NCBI GenBank assembly: GCA_976551045.1
Contig: CDPCPM010000026.1
Location: 5,890,001 to 5,954,000 of the forward strand
Direction of reading: 5' to 3'
DNA: 64,000 nucleotides
Source of the DNA: Glaucostegus cemiculus
Lineage: Eukaryota
Made by a program: the position numbers and the translations under genes. This document shows positions 11,392 through 22,799 of this stretch, one piece after another; the first letter of the stretch is position 1, and every line of letters starts with the position of its first letter. The notes under the pieces are model-generated. The model was not told where the DNA came from and searched no databases. It saw nothing but the letters and a program-made list of their open reading frames with translations.

Positions 11392-11998
11392 ATTGGTAAT
11401 TGGTTTATTATCGTTGCACATACTGAGATACAGTGAAAAACTTTGTTTTGCATGCCATCCATACAGATCTTTCCAAAACATAAGTACATGAAGGTAGTAC
11501 AAAGGGAAAATCGAGAACAGAAGGCAAAATATAGGTTTACAGATACCATTACAGAAAATGCAGTGAAGGTAGACAATAAGGTGCAAGCACCATGACAAGG
11601 TAGATTAAGAGACTCAGAGTTCCTCTTTATCATACAAGAAGTCTATTCAAGGGTCTTATAACAGCGAGACAGAAGCTGTCCTTGAACCTGGTGGTGCATG
11701 TTTTCAAGCCTTTGTATCTTCTGCCCAATGGAAGGGGGCAGAAGAGCAAGTGACAGAGGTGGGAGGGTATTTGAGTATGCTGGCTGCTTTCCTGAGGCAG
11801 CAAGAAGTGTAGACAAAATCAATGGAGGGGAGGCTGGTTTTCATGATAGACTGAGCTGTGTCTGCCTTTTCTTGCAGTCTTGGGCTGAGTAGTTGTGACA
11901 CCAAGCTGTGACACATCTGGATAGGATGCTGTCTATGATGCTGTAAAAACTGGTGAGGGTTAACTTGAACATGTTTAATTTTCTTTGCCTTCTTAAGA
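11392..11998 (-). mobile_element. Rex1/Babar-type LINE 3' portion
   Basis: ORF 11704..12015 contains AQSIMKTSLPSIDFVYTSCCLRKAASI. It has an (ACCAATT)n-like terminus and is clearly homologous to 39893-40592. Confidence 0.75.
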
Positions 11999-12134
11999 TA
12001 TCCCAATAATCTCACTAACTCAATAAATCTACTCCAAACTAGCCCTTCAGAATTTTATCTGGGAAATCCTGTCAATCACCATATTGTTCACTTGATCCCC
12101 TTTCATCAGGTTGTATCTTTTCAGATCTTCTGCA

Positions 12135-13330
12135 GAGGGTAGATGAGAGTAGGGCAATGGATGTTGTTTATATGGACTTTATTAAGGTCTTTGACAAGGT
12201 CCCTCATGGCAGGCTAGTCTGGAAGGTTAGAGCTCAGGGGGAGATAGCAGATTGGATTCATAATTGGCTCAGTGGTAGGAAGCAGAGGCTGATGGTTGAA
12301 GGTTGTTTCTTAGACTGGAGACCTGTGTCTAGTGGTGTGCCACAGGGGTCAGGGCTGGGACCTTTGTTGATTGTAATTTATATAAATGATTTGGATGTGA
12401 ATGTTCAAGGCGTGGCTAGTAAGTTTGCGCATGATACTAAAATAGGTGGTATTGTAGATAGTGTAGAAGGTTATGAAATATTCCAGGGTGATCGTGATCA
12501 GTTAGGTGTGTGGGCTAAGGACTGGCAGGTGGCTTTTAATCCAGATAAATGTGAGGTATTGCATTTTGGGAGATCAAATCAGGGTAGGAATTTTGCAGTG
12601 AATGGTAGGGCCCTGGGGAGTGTTATGGAACAGAGGGACCAAGGAGTGCAAGTGCAAAATCTGCTGAAAGCGGCATCACAGATCAATAAGGTGGTGAAGA
12701 AGACATTTGGCACATTGGCCTTCATTAGTCAGGGCACTGCGTATAGGAGTTGGGAAGGTATGTTGCAGTTATGTAAGATATTGCTGAGGCCGCACTTGGA
12801 GTATTGTGTCCAGTTTTGGTCGCTGTGTTTTAAAATGGTATTAAATTAGAAAGAGTGTAGAAAAGACATACCATGATGTTGCCTGGACTTGAGGGCCTGA
12901 ATTACAAGGAGAGGTTGTGTAGACTTGGACTTTATTCCCTCGAATGTAGGAGTTTGAGGGGTGACCTGATGGAGGTATTGAGGGGCATAGACAGGGTGAA
13001 AACGCATAGAGTTTTTCCCAAGGAGGGAATGCTAAAAACAAGAGGGCATAATTTTAAGATTAGGGCCGAGAGGTTTAAAGGGGACATCCGGGGCATCTTC
13101 AACAAGCAAAAGGTGGTGTGAATTTGGAATGGGCTGCCAGAAATAGTGGTTGAGGCAGGCACATTAGCAACATTTAAGAGCCATCTAGAGAAGTACATGG
13201 ATCGGAGAGGTTTAGAGGGCTATGGGCCAAACATGGGCAGATAGGACTAGTTCACTCGGCAACACAGTCAGCATGGATAAGTTGAGTCAAAGAGCCTGTT
13301 TCCGTGCTGTACGACTCTATGACCTTATGG
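12135..13330 (+). mobile_element. CR1 LINE, 5'-truncated, RT domain to 3' end
   Basis: ORF 12157..12849 reads DVVYMDF.K.FDKVPH...SGVPQGS.LGPLL..IYINDLD...KFAHDTK...RPHLEYCVQFW. The catalytic FADD is mutated to FAHD, the C-terminus is frameshifted, and the tail is gactctatga. Confidence 0.95.
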
Positions 13331-13867
13331 ATGGGTATGAAGAGATCTTCACATATTTCCCTCCAGTTCTTGCTGAGTATCTCACACTGGCTGATGGTCC
13401 ACTATATAACTGCAGAATGGGCACACACGTGTATTCTTTGGGGTACAGCATTCATGAAGTCATGTAGTTTATGGATTTTTGTGATGTTTGAGCTGCCTCA
13501 GCAGTTATTTATGGTTAAGAATAAAGGAAGCTTTATTCTTAACCATAAGCTGGCTGTTGGACTCAAGGATCTACTAATATTTTGGAAATGTAATGTTTAT
13601 ATAAGAAACTAGATTTGATACAGTCAGTATTTGTTCCAAACATAATGATACTCATTCATCATGGTTTACAAACCTGTAAATTCCTTTGATTTTATGCATG
13701 TCAAAGCCTCAGAAAACTGTTCTTCTCCTTGGAGACAAACAATTGCCAAGTTATTGAAATCTGGCCCAAAACCCAATTTCACTCAAGCCTTAGGCATCCT
13801 GCTTAATTTCTATCACAACCTGCTTTTGGTGGTATTGCTTTGGGGAAGAAGATTTTCCAGCCCACCA

Positions 13868-13970
13868 GCTGAGATCTTTCCTCTTCTTTGGAGTAATGCC
13901 ATGACCTTTAAATCTACCTAATTAGGCAGAGACGGTCTTAGCTTACTATGTCATCCTGAAGAAAGACCAG
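13868..13970 (-). mobile_element. Deu-domain SINE fragment (SacSINE1/AmnSINE1-like)
   Basis: gtaatgccatgacctttaaatctacct..ggcagagacgg..tcatcctgaagaaagac is similar to the core at 32330-32375. Confidence 0.5.
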
Positions 13971-16509
13971 ATTCAACATCTGGACTACCATTGCCTCAGG
14001 TATGTCCCCATGCTAGCCCTGTCCTCACACTTACCTGTTGCAGCTATGGCACTCCCAGTGACTCAGATCTCTACTGCTGCAGATGCCCCAAGAAGTGGAG
14101 TGGTCTCTGTAAGTGGTGACCATGGTTCAGGGAGCACATGCCACACTGCCCCCACCCCCAGTCTGCTTAATGGTCTTTTGAGAGCTCATGTCATCAAAGG
14201 CCTTTCAAACTGTCTCTGATCTTTCTCACAATCACTGGCATTTAGAACCAGTTGAAATATATTATGTTAATCTTTAAAAAATTCAAAAAATAGATTGAGT
14301 TAAATACATTAAACACCAAGAAATTATTTTAAAACATAAATATGAAGGAATAACCATGAGACTGAACCTTCATTGAGCTTTTTTAGTTATCCAAGCCCTT
14401 GGTTTGGGGTGATCCAGAACTGTCTCTGGATTCAGTGGTGTGTCCATTAGCAGAAGGAAAGCCTTCAGTTCTTCACGGTGTGGATGAACCACTGGCCAAA
14501 CATAAGTATGATCCGGCGCAATGTATCTGCAACAATTAATCTGGAGCAATGAGAGTCTTTCTAAATACTGCATTGAAGTGTCAGATGAGGATTGTGCAGC
14601 GCAGTCTGATGTTGACCCTTGGAGGTGCTGTCCCAGAGGTGAGAATGTTGCTAATTGAGCCAAACTCATGCTCGGACAAAGTGTTTTGCAAGATATGGTA
14701 AAAAAAAATGTGTTTCTAGGTTCATGTCTTTTAATTTTAATTTTCATGTTTTTCATTAAGCATACAAGCTAAACTATGATGCAAAACCTCACACATTTCT
14801 CACCCTCTCCTTTGCCATTCTGAAAGCATTGATGTGAGTTGCAAAGTTACCCGGCATCTTTTTGATTTGGGGTGTTTAGCGATAGCAGCTGTCCAGAATG
14901 TTTTAATCCTTTTATGGTTCAGATGTCAGATTCACATCAGTAGAAAGCCAAGAAGCATCATAAGAGGATTGAAGAAAAAGAACAGCAGTAATAAATTGTG
15001 CAGTTTCTCTTCATCCTCTGACCTTGCTGGAAGTTGAATTTTACCAAATTATATTTTAGTCCACTATCATTGAGAGTCATACACTATCACTTGAACAGTA
15101 GGCTTCTTGTTACAACCTTCCCACTAAATAGTAATGAAGTTTTATCTCTTTTTGAATACTCACCCAACACTACAATGATTTTTACATTTCTCACAGCAGC
15201 ATATATGCAAATTAAGTTAAGGCAAAATCAAAATCCTTTCTAATTATTAAAGCATCAAAATAGAATTATAAAACAAAATACTGTGGGGGCTAGAAATCAG
15301 AAATGAAAGACATGGAGAGTTGATGTCTGGTCCTGTGTATTCACATTATTTTCTGTTTCAAATAAAACTATATTCAAATGCAAATTATTTATTTTGAAAA
15401 TTATATATTATGTGTGCTTAATTAATAGGTTGTAATTATTTTCATAAATAAAGGAATATAAAATCAAATTTTGTTTCATAGGCTTGGCTAATTTAGCATC
15501 AGTAAAAGCAGATGATAATTACAGTTCCGTTTTAACCAACCATTCCATCAACAGATACACCTTTTTATAATTAACAAAATAAATCTTCAACCAATAAAAC
15601 TAATGTTTGAGCTCTTCAATAAAAAACATGTTGTAGATGTTATAATAAAAGCACAAATGTATTATATCTTTGAGTATTAAAACTTAAAATTTAAATACAA
15701 GATTGTGCATTTGGACAAGTAATGCTTGGATTCCAAAAGTATAAAAATTTGATTTTTTTTCAACTTGAAAATGAAAATTGGTTGGATTGCTTAATTTTTT
15801 CTGTCAGTGAAGTTTGATTGTAGGATAACACAAAGTAAAGCTGATCCAGTTCAGTGGAAGACTCCTGGGCATCTTAAAGTACAAGGTCCTGTTCAGCTTC
15901 CCTGATTTGTTATGACAAGTGTAAAGTAAACCATTCTTTGTAAATTAAACTTAATAAAATTATATAAGGCATCAAATTTAGTCAAACGTGTGAAACTGTG
16001 CTTAAGGAGCAATAAGCCACTCAGATTTATTATATTAAATATGCTTTGCCACATCATTTACCATACTGTATTAGGAAAGTATTTTGTGTAACATTGAATA
16101 CAGATGCAACTAGAGGCCTATATAAATATGAAATCCCTGTTATATGAAGGTCACCTTTAAACTATCTGCAGAATTCAAATGCAAATGAAAAGATAACAAA
16201 AAATATAGACTATATGAAGCAGATGTTATTGAAAATGAAATTCTGAATTTAAGCTGCAGGTAAAGAGTTAAATTGTTCTATTTGGTTACCTTTCTCACTT
16301 TTTGTTCTGGATATAAAATGCTTGAAGTTTATAGATGAGTTGATTTTCTCTTTTTAGAATAAGAATTTAAACATCTTCTCAATTCTGCTCTAAGTTATAT
16401 CACGTGTAGGGAGAAGAAATAAAGAATTGCATTGCAATGGCATCTTTCATAACATCAGAGTGCTCTAAAACGCTTCACATTTAAGTATAAGACCTTGTTC
16501 CAAAAAAAG

Positions 16510-17265
16510 CATATGAATTAGGAGCAGGAGCAGGCTGTCTGGCCCTTCAAACCTGCTCCACCATCCACCAAGATCATGGCTGCTTTTCTAACTCAGTGCC
16601 ATTTTCTTCATTTCCCTCGATTCCCTTAATAACCAGAAATGTATTGATCTTGGTTTTGATTGCAGTCAGTGACTGACCCGACACAATCCTTCTGAGTACT
16701 GAATTTTAAAGATTCTCTACCCTCTGTGTGAAGAAACTTCTCCTCATCCCCATCCTAAAATGTCAAGCCCCTATTCATAAACTGTGACTCTGTCGTTCTA
16801 GGATCCTCAGCCAGGGGAACATCCTCCCTGCATCCACCCTGTCGCGCCCTGTAAGAATTTTGCAAGTTTCAATAAGATCACCTCTCATTCTTGTAAACTC
16901 TTGAGGATATGGCCTCCTCTACTCAATCTCTCCTCATACACCAAACCCACCATCTCAGAAACTAGTCTAGTTAATACTTGTTGCACTCCATCTAAGGTAA
17001 GTATACCCCTTCTTTGGATGACAAATAAAACAGTACCCAATATCCAGGGTCTCACCAAAACCTTATGTATTGCAGTAAAACATCTTTACTTCTGTACCCA
17101 AATCTTCTCATAGTAAAGGCAACATACCATTTGCTTTTCTAATTGCTTTCTTCACCTGAATGTTAGGTACACATTGGTTTTCAGTGACTTATATACAAGG
17201 ACATCTAAGTCCCTTTAAACAGCATTTCCCAATCTCTCACCATCAATAAAACAAACTTAGCATTT
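16510..17265 (-). mobile_element. CR1 LINE 3' portion
   Basis: It has the reverse-strand 3' UTR ggagcaggagcaggc..ggcccttcaaacctgctcc..aagatcatggctg and an antisense ORF2 end (tgaagaaacttctcctcatc; ataagatcacctctcattct). Confidence 0.85.
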
Positions 17266-17343
17266 CTGTTGTCTGCCCAACAATGTTTGTCCAAGGAATT
17301 TTAATCAGGGAGACAAGTTACAATGGGGCAATAAAAGAAAAAT

Positions 17344-18285
17344 AAAATACTACAGCTGTTGGAAATCTGAAATAAAAACAGAAAATATCTGAAACTCAGC
17401 AGGTCAGGCAGGGTAATGCCATCATCAAATACATCTGTCCCCCGGTTCCCCTTATAGAGAAAAAGTTCCCTCTATGATACTCCATCTCACTCTTCAATCA
17501 GCACCAGTGCCACCGTCACCTTCCCATGGCTCTGCCAGAGGTACAACATCAACACCTCCTTCCTCCCTTTTCCACCTTTCCCAGATGAAACAACACTTGT
17601 GCTTCTTCCAATGCAATGTTTTGCATTTGCTGCTCACTGAGATTGCTTCTACATTGGGAAAACCAAATGTAGACAGGGTAACCATTTTCCAAATACCTCC
17701 ATTTACTCTGAAAACATGACCCAAGCTTTTGTTTGCCTGTCACTTGATTTCCTTGTCCTGTTCCCTCTTTGACCCATTTCCCTTTGGCCCATATCCCTCT
17801 TCAGCACTTGGAATGGCACATGGAGGAATGGGGCTTAGAGGGATATGGGCCAAACACAAGAAATTGGGACTAGCTGGGTGGGCACCATGGTCAGCATGGA
17901 CTCATTGGGCCGAAGGGCCTGAATCTGTGCTGCATTGTCCTATGACTCTATGACTTCTCTATACTTGACCTTCTACAGTGTTCCTGTGAAAGTCAATACA
18001 GGCATGGGGAATAACACTTCTTCTTCTGACGGCACTTTACAGTCTCTTGGATGCAACATTGGGTTTGCCATCTTTATATAATACTCAACTACACTCAACA
18101 CCTCTGCTCGACTTCCCTTTTATTCTTTATTTCTCCCATTAATACCATCACCTCCACAGCCCAAATCCCTATGATTTTTGCACCATTATTCAATCTCTCC
18201 TCTGATCCATCTACTCATCGTTTTTGTTTTTATCTCCACAGTCTCCTTTCCCTGTATCTTTGAATTTATTGATCTCTGTCCATAG
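17344..18285 (+). mobile_element. Penelope-like retroelement relic: inverted 5' pLTR plus GIY-YIG endonuclease
   Basis: An inverted pLTR occupies 17344-17412. Then TCASSNAMFCICCS / FYIGKTKCRQGNHF (17595-17690) matches PLE GIY-YIG TC.S.N.VYCI.C..C...YIGET.R.L..RF. The ORF resumes after a CR1 insertion with GTLQSLGCNIGF (about 18030-18066). Confidence 0.75.
17773..17955 (+). mobile_element. Short CR1 3' end inserted in the Penelope-like ORF
   Basis: It reads ttagagggatatgggccaaac...gggccgaagggcctgaatctgtgctg..ctatgactctatgact and has an 18-bp inverted copy at its 5' end. Confidence 0.8.
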
Positions 18286-18563
18286 GTGGGTAGATGTGGA
18301 AATGGTACAGACAGGTTTGTCAGCATCATACCAGAGCTCATAGGGTCGAACAATGAGGACAGGTTGCAAACACGTGGCTTGACTCCTTTTAGTTTAAGGG
18401 GTTAAATGATTATCTTACTGAGGTCTCTAAAAGGATAAAGGATTTTGATCGAATCATTATAAATCTGGAATAGCTGCGGAAATTATTTCTTTTAGTGGAG
18501 TATTCAGAATAAGAGGGCATAAGCTTAAAATTAGAGAAAGGTGATTTAGAAGTTAAATCAGGA

Positions 18564-18702
18564 GTGGAGACACAAGAAACTGCGGATGCCGGAATGTGGA
18601 GCAACGAACAATCTGCTGGAAGAATTCAGCAGATTGAGCAGTATCTGTGGGAGGAGAGGAATTGTTGATGTTTCGGGTCAAGACCCTGCATCAGGTCTTG
18701 GG
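18564..18702 (-). mobile_element. Penelope-like terminal repeat with hammerhead-like core
   Basis: The minus strand at 18694-18667 reads CTGATGC A GGGTC TT GACCC GAAAC ATC. Flanks AAATCAGGA (18555-63) and AAATCGGGA (18703-11) are a probable TSD. Confidence 0.7.
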
Positions 18703-18850
18703 AAATCGGGAAGCATTTCTTCACATAATGCTGAAGGAGATCTGGACTCAAGACCCCAAAAGGCTGTAATTCCGGGTCAAGTGGAATTTTTAAGCCTAAA
18801 ATCGATGAATTTTTGTTGAATTTTTGGTGAGGTTTGCGGACAAAGCTGAT

Positions 18851-18965
18851 AAATTGGTAAATTGGTTTATTATTGTCACATGTACCAAGGTACAGGGAAA
18901 AACGATGTTTTGCATGCCATCCATACAGATCATTTCATTACCACAGTGCATTGAGGTAGTAGAAA
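18851..18965 (-). mobile_element. Rex1/Babar-type LINE 3' tail
   Basis: aaattggtaaattggtttattattgtcacatgtacc...gcatgccatccatacagatc is near-identical to the start of 11392-11470. Confidence 0.8.
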
Positions 18966-19379
18966 GAGCTGAGCCATTGATCATCGTTGATCTAGTTGAA
19001 TGATGGAGCAGTCTTGCTGGGGCTGAATGAAAAAATCTTGGTTCTTGATTCTGATTCTGATTCTGAGTTCAGCACAAAACTGTTGGCATTTCCCAGCCCA
19101 TTAACTTTAAAGTACTTGTATCTTCTTTAACATAACAGCATTAATTTACTGTATTATCATTTTTATGGAATTTCACTGATAAATGAAAATGTTTTTTTGT
19201 TAACAGCACTCAGATTTTACTTACAAAACTGTTTCTCAATTCATCCTTTATGTGGATATTTTTCTGCTAAAGATAGAGATTCCCAAATAGATATTACTGC
19301 CGCTGACTTCAGAGAGATTATCTTACACATGTAAGTGTGGGTATAGGAGCTGTAAGCTATCCAAGTTTGCCAACGATAT

Positions 19380-20032
19380 AAAAATAAGTGGAAGGACAAG
19401 TTGTGATGAAGATATTGTGTCTCTGCAAAGGGACATGGATATCTTGCACGGATGTACAAAAACCTGGCCAATGGATTTTAAATGTGGGAAAGTATGCGGT
19501 CGTGCACTGCAGTAAGAGGAATCAAAAGGCAGGTGATTATCTAAATGGGAAAAGACTGCAGATGAGTGAACTACAGAGGGATTTGGTGTTCTTATACATA
19601 AATCACATGAAGTTAGCAGACAGGTGCAGCAAGTAGTTCAGAAGACAAATGGAAAGTTGGCTTTTTTTGCAAAGGGGTTGGAATTTAGAAAAAACGGATG
19701 TTTTGTTACAATTGTCACACCATGGAGTATCGTGCATAGTTTTGGTCCCCTTTCCTAAGAAAGGATACAATAGCATTGGAGGCAGTCCAAGAGAGATTCG
19801 CCAGACTAATTCCTGGGATGAAAGTGTTGTCCTATCAAGAGAGACTGGACATATCCCCCCTCTTCCCACCCTTTTATTCTGGCTTCTGTTCATTTCCCTC
19901 CATGGATGCTGCTTGACCTTCTGAGTTCCTCCAGCATTTTTTGTGTGTTGCTCTAGACATATTGGGTCTGTATTCCTGGGAGCTTAGAAGAATGAGGGGT
20001 GATCTTATTGAGACATATATGATCCTGAGGGA
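19380..20032 (+). mobile_element. CR1 LINE RT C-terminal fragment
   Basis: ORF 19388..19636 contains NVGKYAVVHCSKRNQKAGDYLNGKRLQMSELQRDL, similar to CR1 FN..KC.V.H.G..N....Y.LNG..L......RDLGV, followed by agaagaatgaggggtgatcttattga. Confidence 0.85.
19855..19955 (+). mobile_element. Penelope-like terminal repeat inserted in CR1
   Basis: catggatgctgcttgaccttctgagttcctccagca is flanked by GACATAT (19848-54 and 19956-62), a probable TSD. Confidence 0.7.
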
Positions 20033-20199
20033 GTGGATCTGGAATAGGTAAGTTTGTACTTTGCTTTTTGGTCAGCATTGCGTGCACAGCTTACAGCTGG
20101 TAATCATCTCCAGCTACTGGTACTACAGCAACATTAGAAACATTAGGAATATTCAGCCCCACAAGCCTGTGCTGTCATTCAAGTAGAGCAAAAGTGATT

Positions 20200-20430
20200 T
20201 AAAACTGAGGTATGCAGAAGTTTCTTCTCAAAGAGGGAAGTGCATGTCTGGAACTCTTTGTCCCAGAGAGTTGTGGAGGCTCAATAATTAGAAGTACTTA
20301 AAATGGAAATAGATATGTTTTGAAAAAATTGGGGGATTGAGATAGATCAACCATGATCATTTTGAATGGCGAGGCAGGCCTGAGGGATTAGATGGCCTAC
20401 TCCTGTTCTTATTTTCTTGTGTTCACATGT
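20200..20430 (+). mobile_element. CR1 3' end
   Basis: It reads gaagtttcttctcaaagagg..tctggaactct..cccagagag..gtggaggct, with 3' UTR ccatgatc..tgaatggcgaggcagg..ggcctactcctgttctt. Confidence 0.75.
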
Positions 20431-20984
20431 AATAGGATAAAGTACAAAGAAAAGTGACATTGAGCCCAATGAGTCCATTTGGTGTTCATGCGCCACTTGA
20501 ACATCCTCTCATTATTCACCAACTAATTCTGATCAATGTAACACTCTATTCCTTTTTGCCTGGTTTGTTTATCTAGCTTCCCTTAAAAAAAAACAAGGTA
20601 TCACATTTACTCCCTGCAAATTCCACATTTACATCACTCTGTGAGGAAGTTGCTTTTCAATTTTTTTTTCTGATTTCTTGCTGATCATTTTATATTGTTG
20701 CCCAATAGTTTTGCTCTTCCCCACAGTCGAACTTCAGAGCTGAATTTTAATCTTCTGCACCTTGTGGGTGGGTGGTGGGAGCGGCTTAAAACTTGTGAAA
20801 GTGGCAGTGTATTAGGAAGCCCACTCCACCTCTCTGATTTCTGCAAGTAACAGCAGTGCATTAAGCTCCACGTGAACAGCCCCTGTAGGAGAGGGAGCTT
20901 GTCAATTTCAGTAGGCTGATTGCTCAGTTGTGCAATGTACAAGCCTATCTATATTTGTTGTCCAACATTTAAGTCCTGCTCCAA

Positions 20985-21235
20985 ACACCTCCATTTCAAA
21001 ATCTTATTCCTAGCTTTCAAGTCCCTGCATTGTCCTACCCTACTCTACACTTTCTATAACCTCCCTTTTAATCTCCCTAAATCTCTCTGCCTTAACCCAT
21101 TTGTTTGATCAAGTCTTTGGTCATCTGTCCTGACACCTTCTCCTTCAGTTTGAAATTTTATCAAGTCTTTGTTTGGGATTTACTTCTATTACTTATCCAT
21201 GTTTGAGATGGTTCATAAATACAACTTATTGCAAA
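20985..21235 (+). mobile_element. L2 LINE 3' remnant
   Basis: ORF 20920..21108 contains HFKILFLAFKSLH, similar to the L2 ORF2 C-terminal I.FKILLL.FKAL motif. Confidence 0.55.
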
Positions 21236-21324
21236 ACCTTTGCAATTTACATGCTTTCAGGCTCTCAGGAATTTGTGAGTGAAGGGAGAACAGTGAAACT
21301 ACTTAGGGGATTGGAGTCAAGAAT

Positions 21325-22243
21325 ACAAGAACAAAAGAATAAAGAAGCAGGAGTAGGCCTTCATGCATTCAAGAGAAGGCCAGAAGGCCAACAGGCTACT
21401 ATCTCTCTATTCCTTGAATTATCAAATATTTATTTACCTCCACTATAAATATTTCTAATGATCCAGATTCCACCACTCACCGAGGCAGAGAATTCCAGAA
21501 CTTCACCACCTTCTGTGAGAAGAACTTTCTATGTACCTCAGTTTTAAATGACCAGCCCCTTATCTTGTAGTTATAATAGTTATATCTGTTCAAGACTCTC
21601 CCACTAGTGAAAGCATCCCAACATTAACCATGTTCAGCCCCCTTAGAATCTTATATTTTTGAATACAGTCATCCCTCGATCTTCTAAACTCCAAGGAATA
21701 TACCAAGGGCTGGCACAGTAGTGTAGCGGTTAGCATAATGCTATTATGGCACCAGCGACACAGGTTTAATTCCGGCCGCTGTCCGTAAGAAGTTTGTACG
21801 TTCTCCCCGTGTCTGCGTGGGTTTCCTGCAGGTGCTCCGGTTTCCTCCCACGTGCCAGTTGTGGGCATGCTATGTTGGCGCAGAAAGCATGGCGACACTT
21901 GTGGGCTGCCCCAGAACACTACGCAAAGATGCATTTCACTGTGTGTTTCGATGTACATGTGACAAATAAAGATATCTTACCTTACACAGGCCTAAGCTAT
22001 TTACTCTATCTTGTAGGACAACCCTCTCATTCAAAGAATTAGCCTGGTGAACCTCTTCGTACTGCCTCCTATGGTAAGAGGACCAAAGCTGAATGGAGTA
22101 TTCCAGGCGAGGCCTCACCAACACCCTGTAGATTGCAAACTCCAGCCCCTTTGCAATGAAGTCCCAAAAGCTGTTTGCCTTCTTAACTACTTGTTGGACC
22201 TGCCTGCTAACTTTTTGTGATTCATGCAGCAGCACACCTAGAT
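21325..22243 (-). mobile_element. CR1 LINE 3' portion interrupted by a SINE
   Basis: ORF 21936..22235 reads HESQKVSRQVQQVVKKAN...YRVLVRPRLEYSIQLWS and continues as YSLEFRRSRDD.I..YKILRGL. The 3' UTR is at about 21325-21365. Confidence 0.9.
21707..21984 (+). mobile_element. Young V-SINE with Rex1/Babar-like tail
   Basis: It has a tRNA-like head (ggcacagtagtgtagcggttagc; ggtttaattcc), the V-core gtacgttctccccgtgtctgcgtgggtttcctgcaggtgctccggtttcctcccac, and the tail tttcactgtgtgtttcgatgtacatgtgacaaataaa. Many CpGs are retained. Confidence 0.8.
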
Positions 22244-22402
22244 CATGACAGGAAAGTATGTCATTACCTACTGACAGCTCATGACTGCCTTCTTGCCTTT
22301 TTCTGTGAAAGGCAAGAAGTACAACTCAACTCTACTGAGTGGAGGTAGAGTTGAGTTGCTTTCAGGAGTTTAATGGAGACATTTGCAGGATCACGCGGTC
22401 TT

Positions 22403-22606
22403 TGTAGAGTAATACAGCATGAAAACAACTATTTGGCCCACCAGGTCACGCTAACCTGTGGGTACCCATCCATATTAATCCCATCATACAGGACTTGGCC
22501 CATAGGCTTCATTATCTCAGCAATTCAAGTGCTTGTCTAAACATTTCTTAAATGCTGTCAGTGACATTGCTTCCATCACTCTCTCCAGCAGTGCCTTCCA
22601 GGTACT
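22403..22606 (-). mobile_element. CR1 3' end
   Basis: It reads tacagcatgaaaacaactatttggccca...gtgcttgtctaaacatttcttaaatg..ccatcactctctccagcagtgccttccag. Confidence 0.7.
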
Positions 22607-22619
22607 TTTTCCTTTTCCT

Positions 22620-22726
22620 TGTTCAGTTGAAGGACCTTCAACTTAAAACATCAACCATGGGTCACTTTCTATAGATGCTGCCTGACCTGCTGAGACTTCC
22701 CAGCATTTCCTGTTTTTATTCCAGAA
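22620..22726 (+). mobile_element. Penelope-like terminal repeat (hammerhead core decayed)
   Basis: agatgctgcctgacctgctgagacttcccagcatttcctgtttttattccag is preceded by the degenerate cagttgaaggaccttcaacttaaaac. Confidence 0.65.
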
Positions 22727-22799
22727 ATGGTTGCGGAGTTTCAGTCTTTAAAAAGAATGACTTACTATTGCATAAAGCTGAAAAAAATAGTACTGTGCA

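Larger units (their letters stand above)
18300..19040 (+). mobile_element. Old CR1 3' portion hosting two younger insertions
   Basis: It shows a decayed ORF2 end (agagggcataagcttaaaattaga...gaagcatttcttcaca) and a 3' UTR gatctagttgaatgatggagcag. Confidence 0.65.

Noticed and set aside
12157-12849. Longest ORF (230 aa) as a functional RT gene or novel RT system
   Set aside because: It is an ordinary 5'-truncated CR1 with the catalytic motif mutated (FAHD) and a downstream frameshift.
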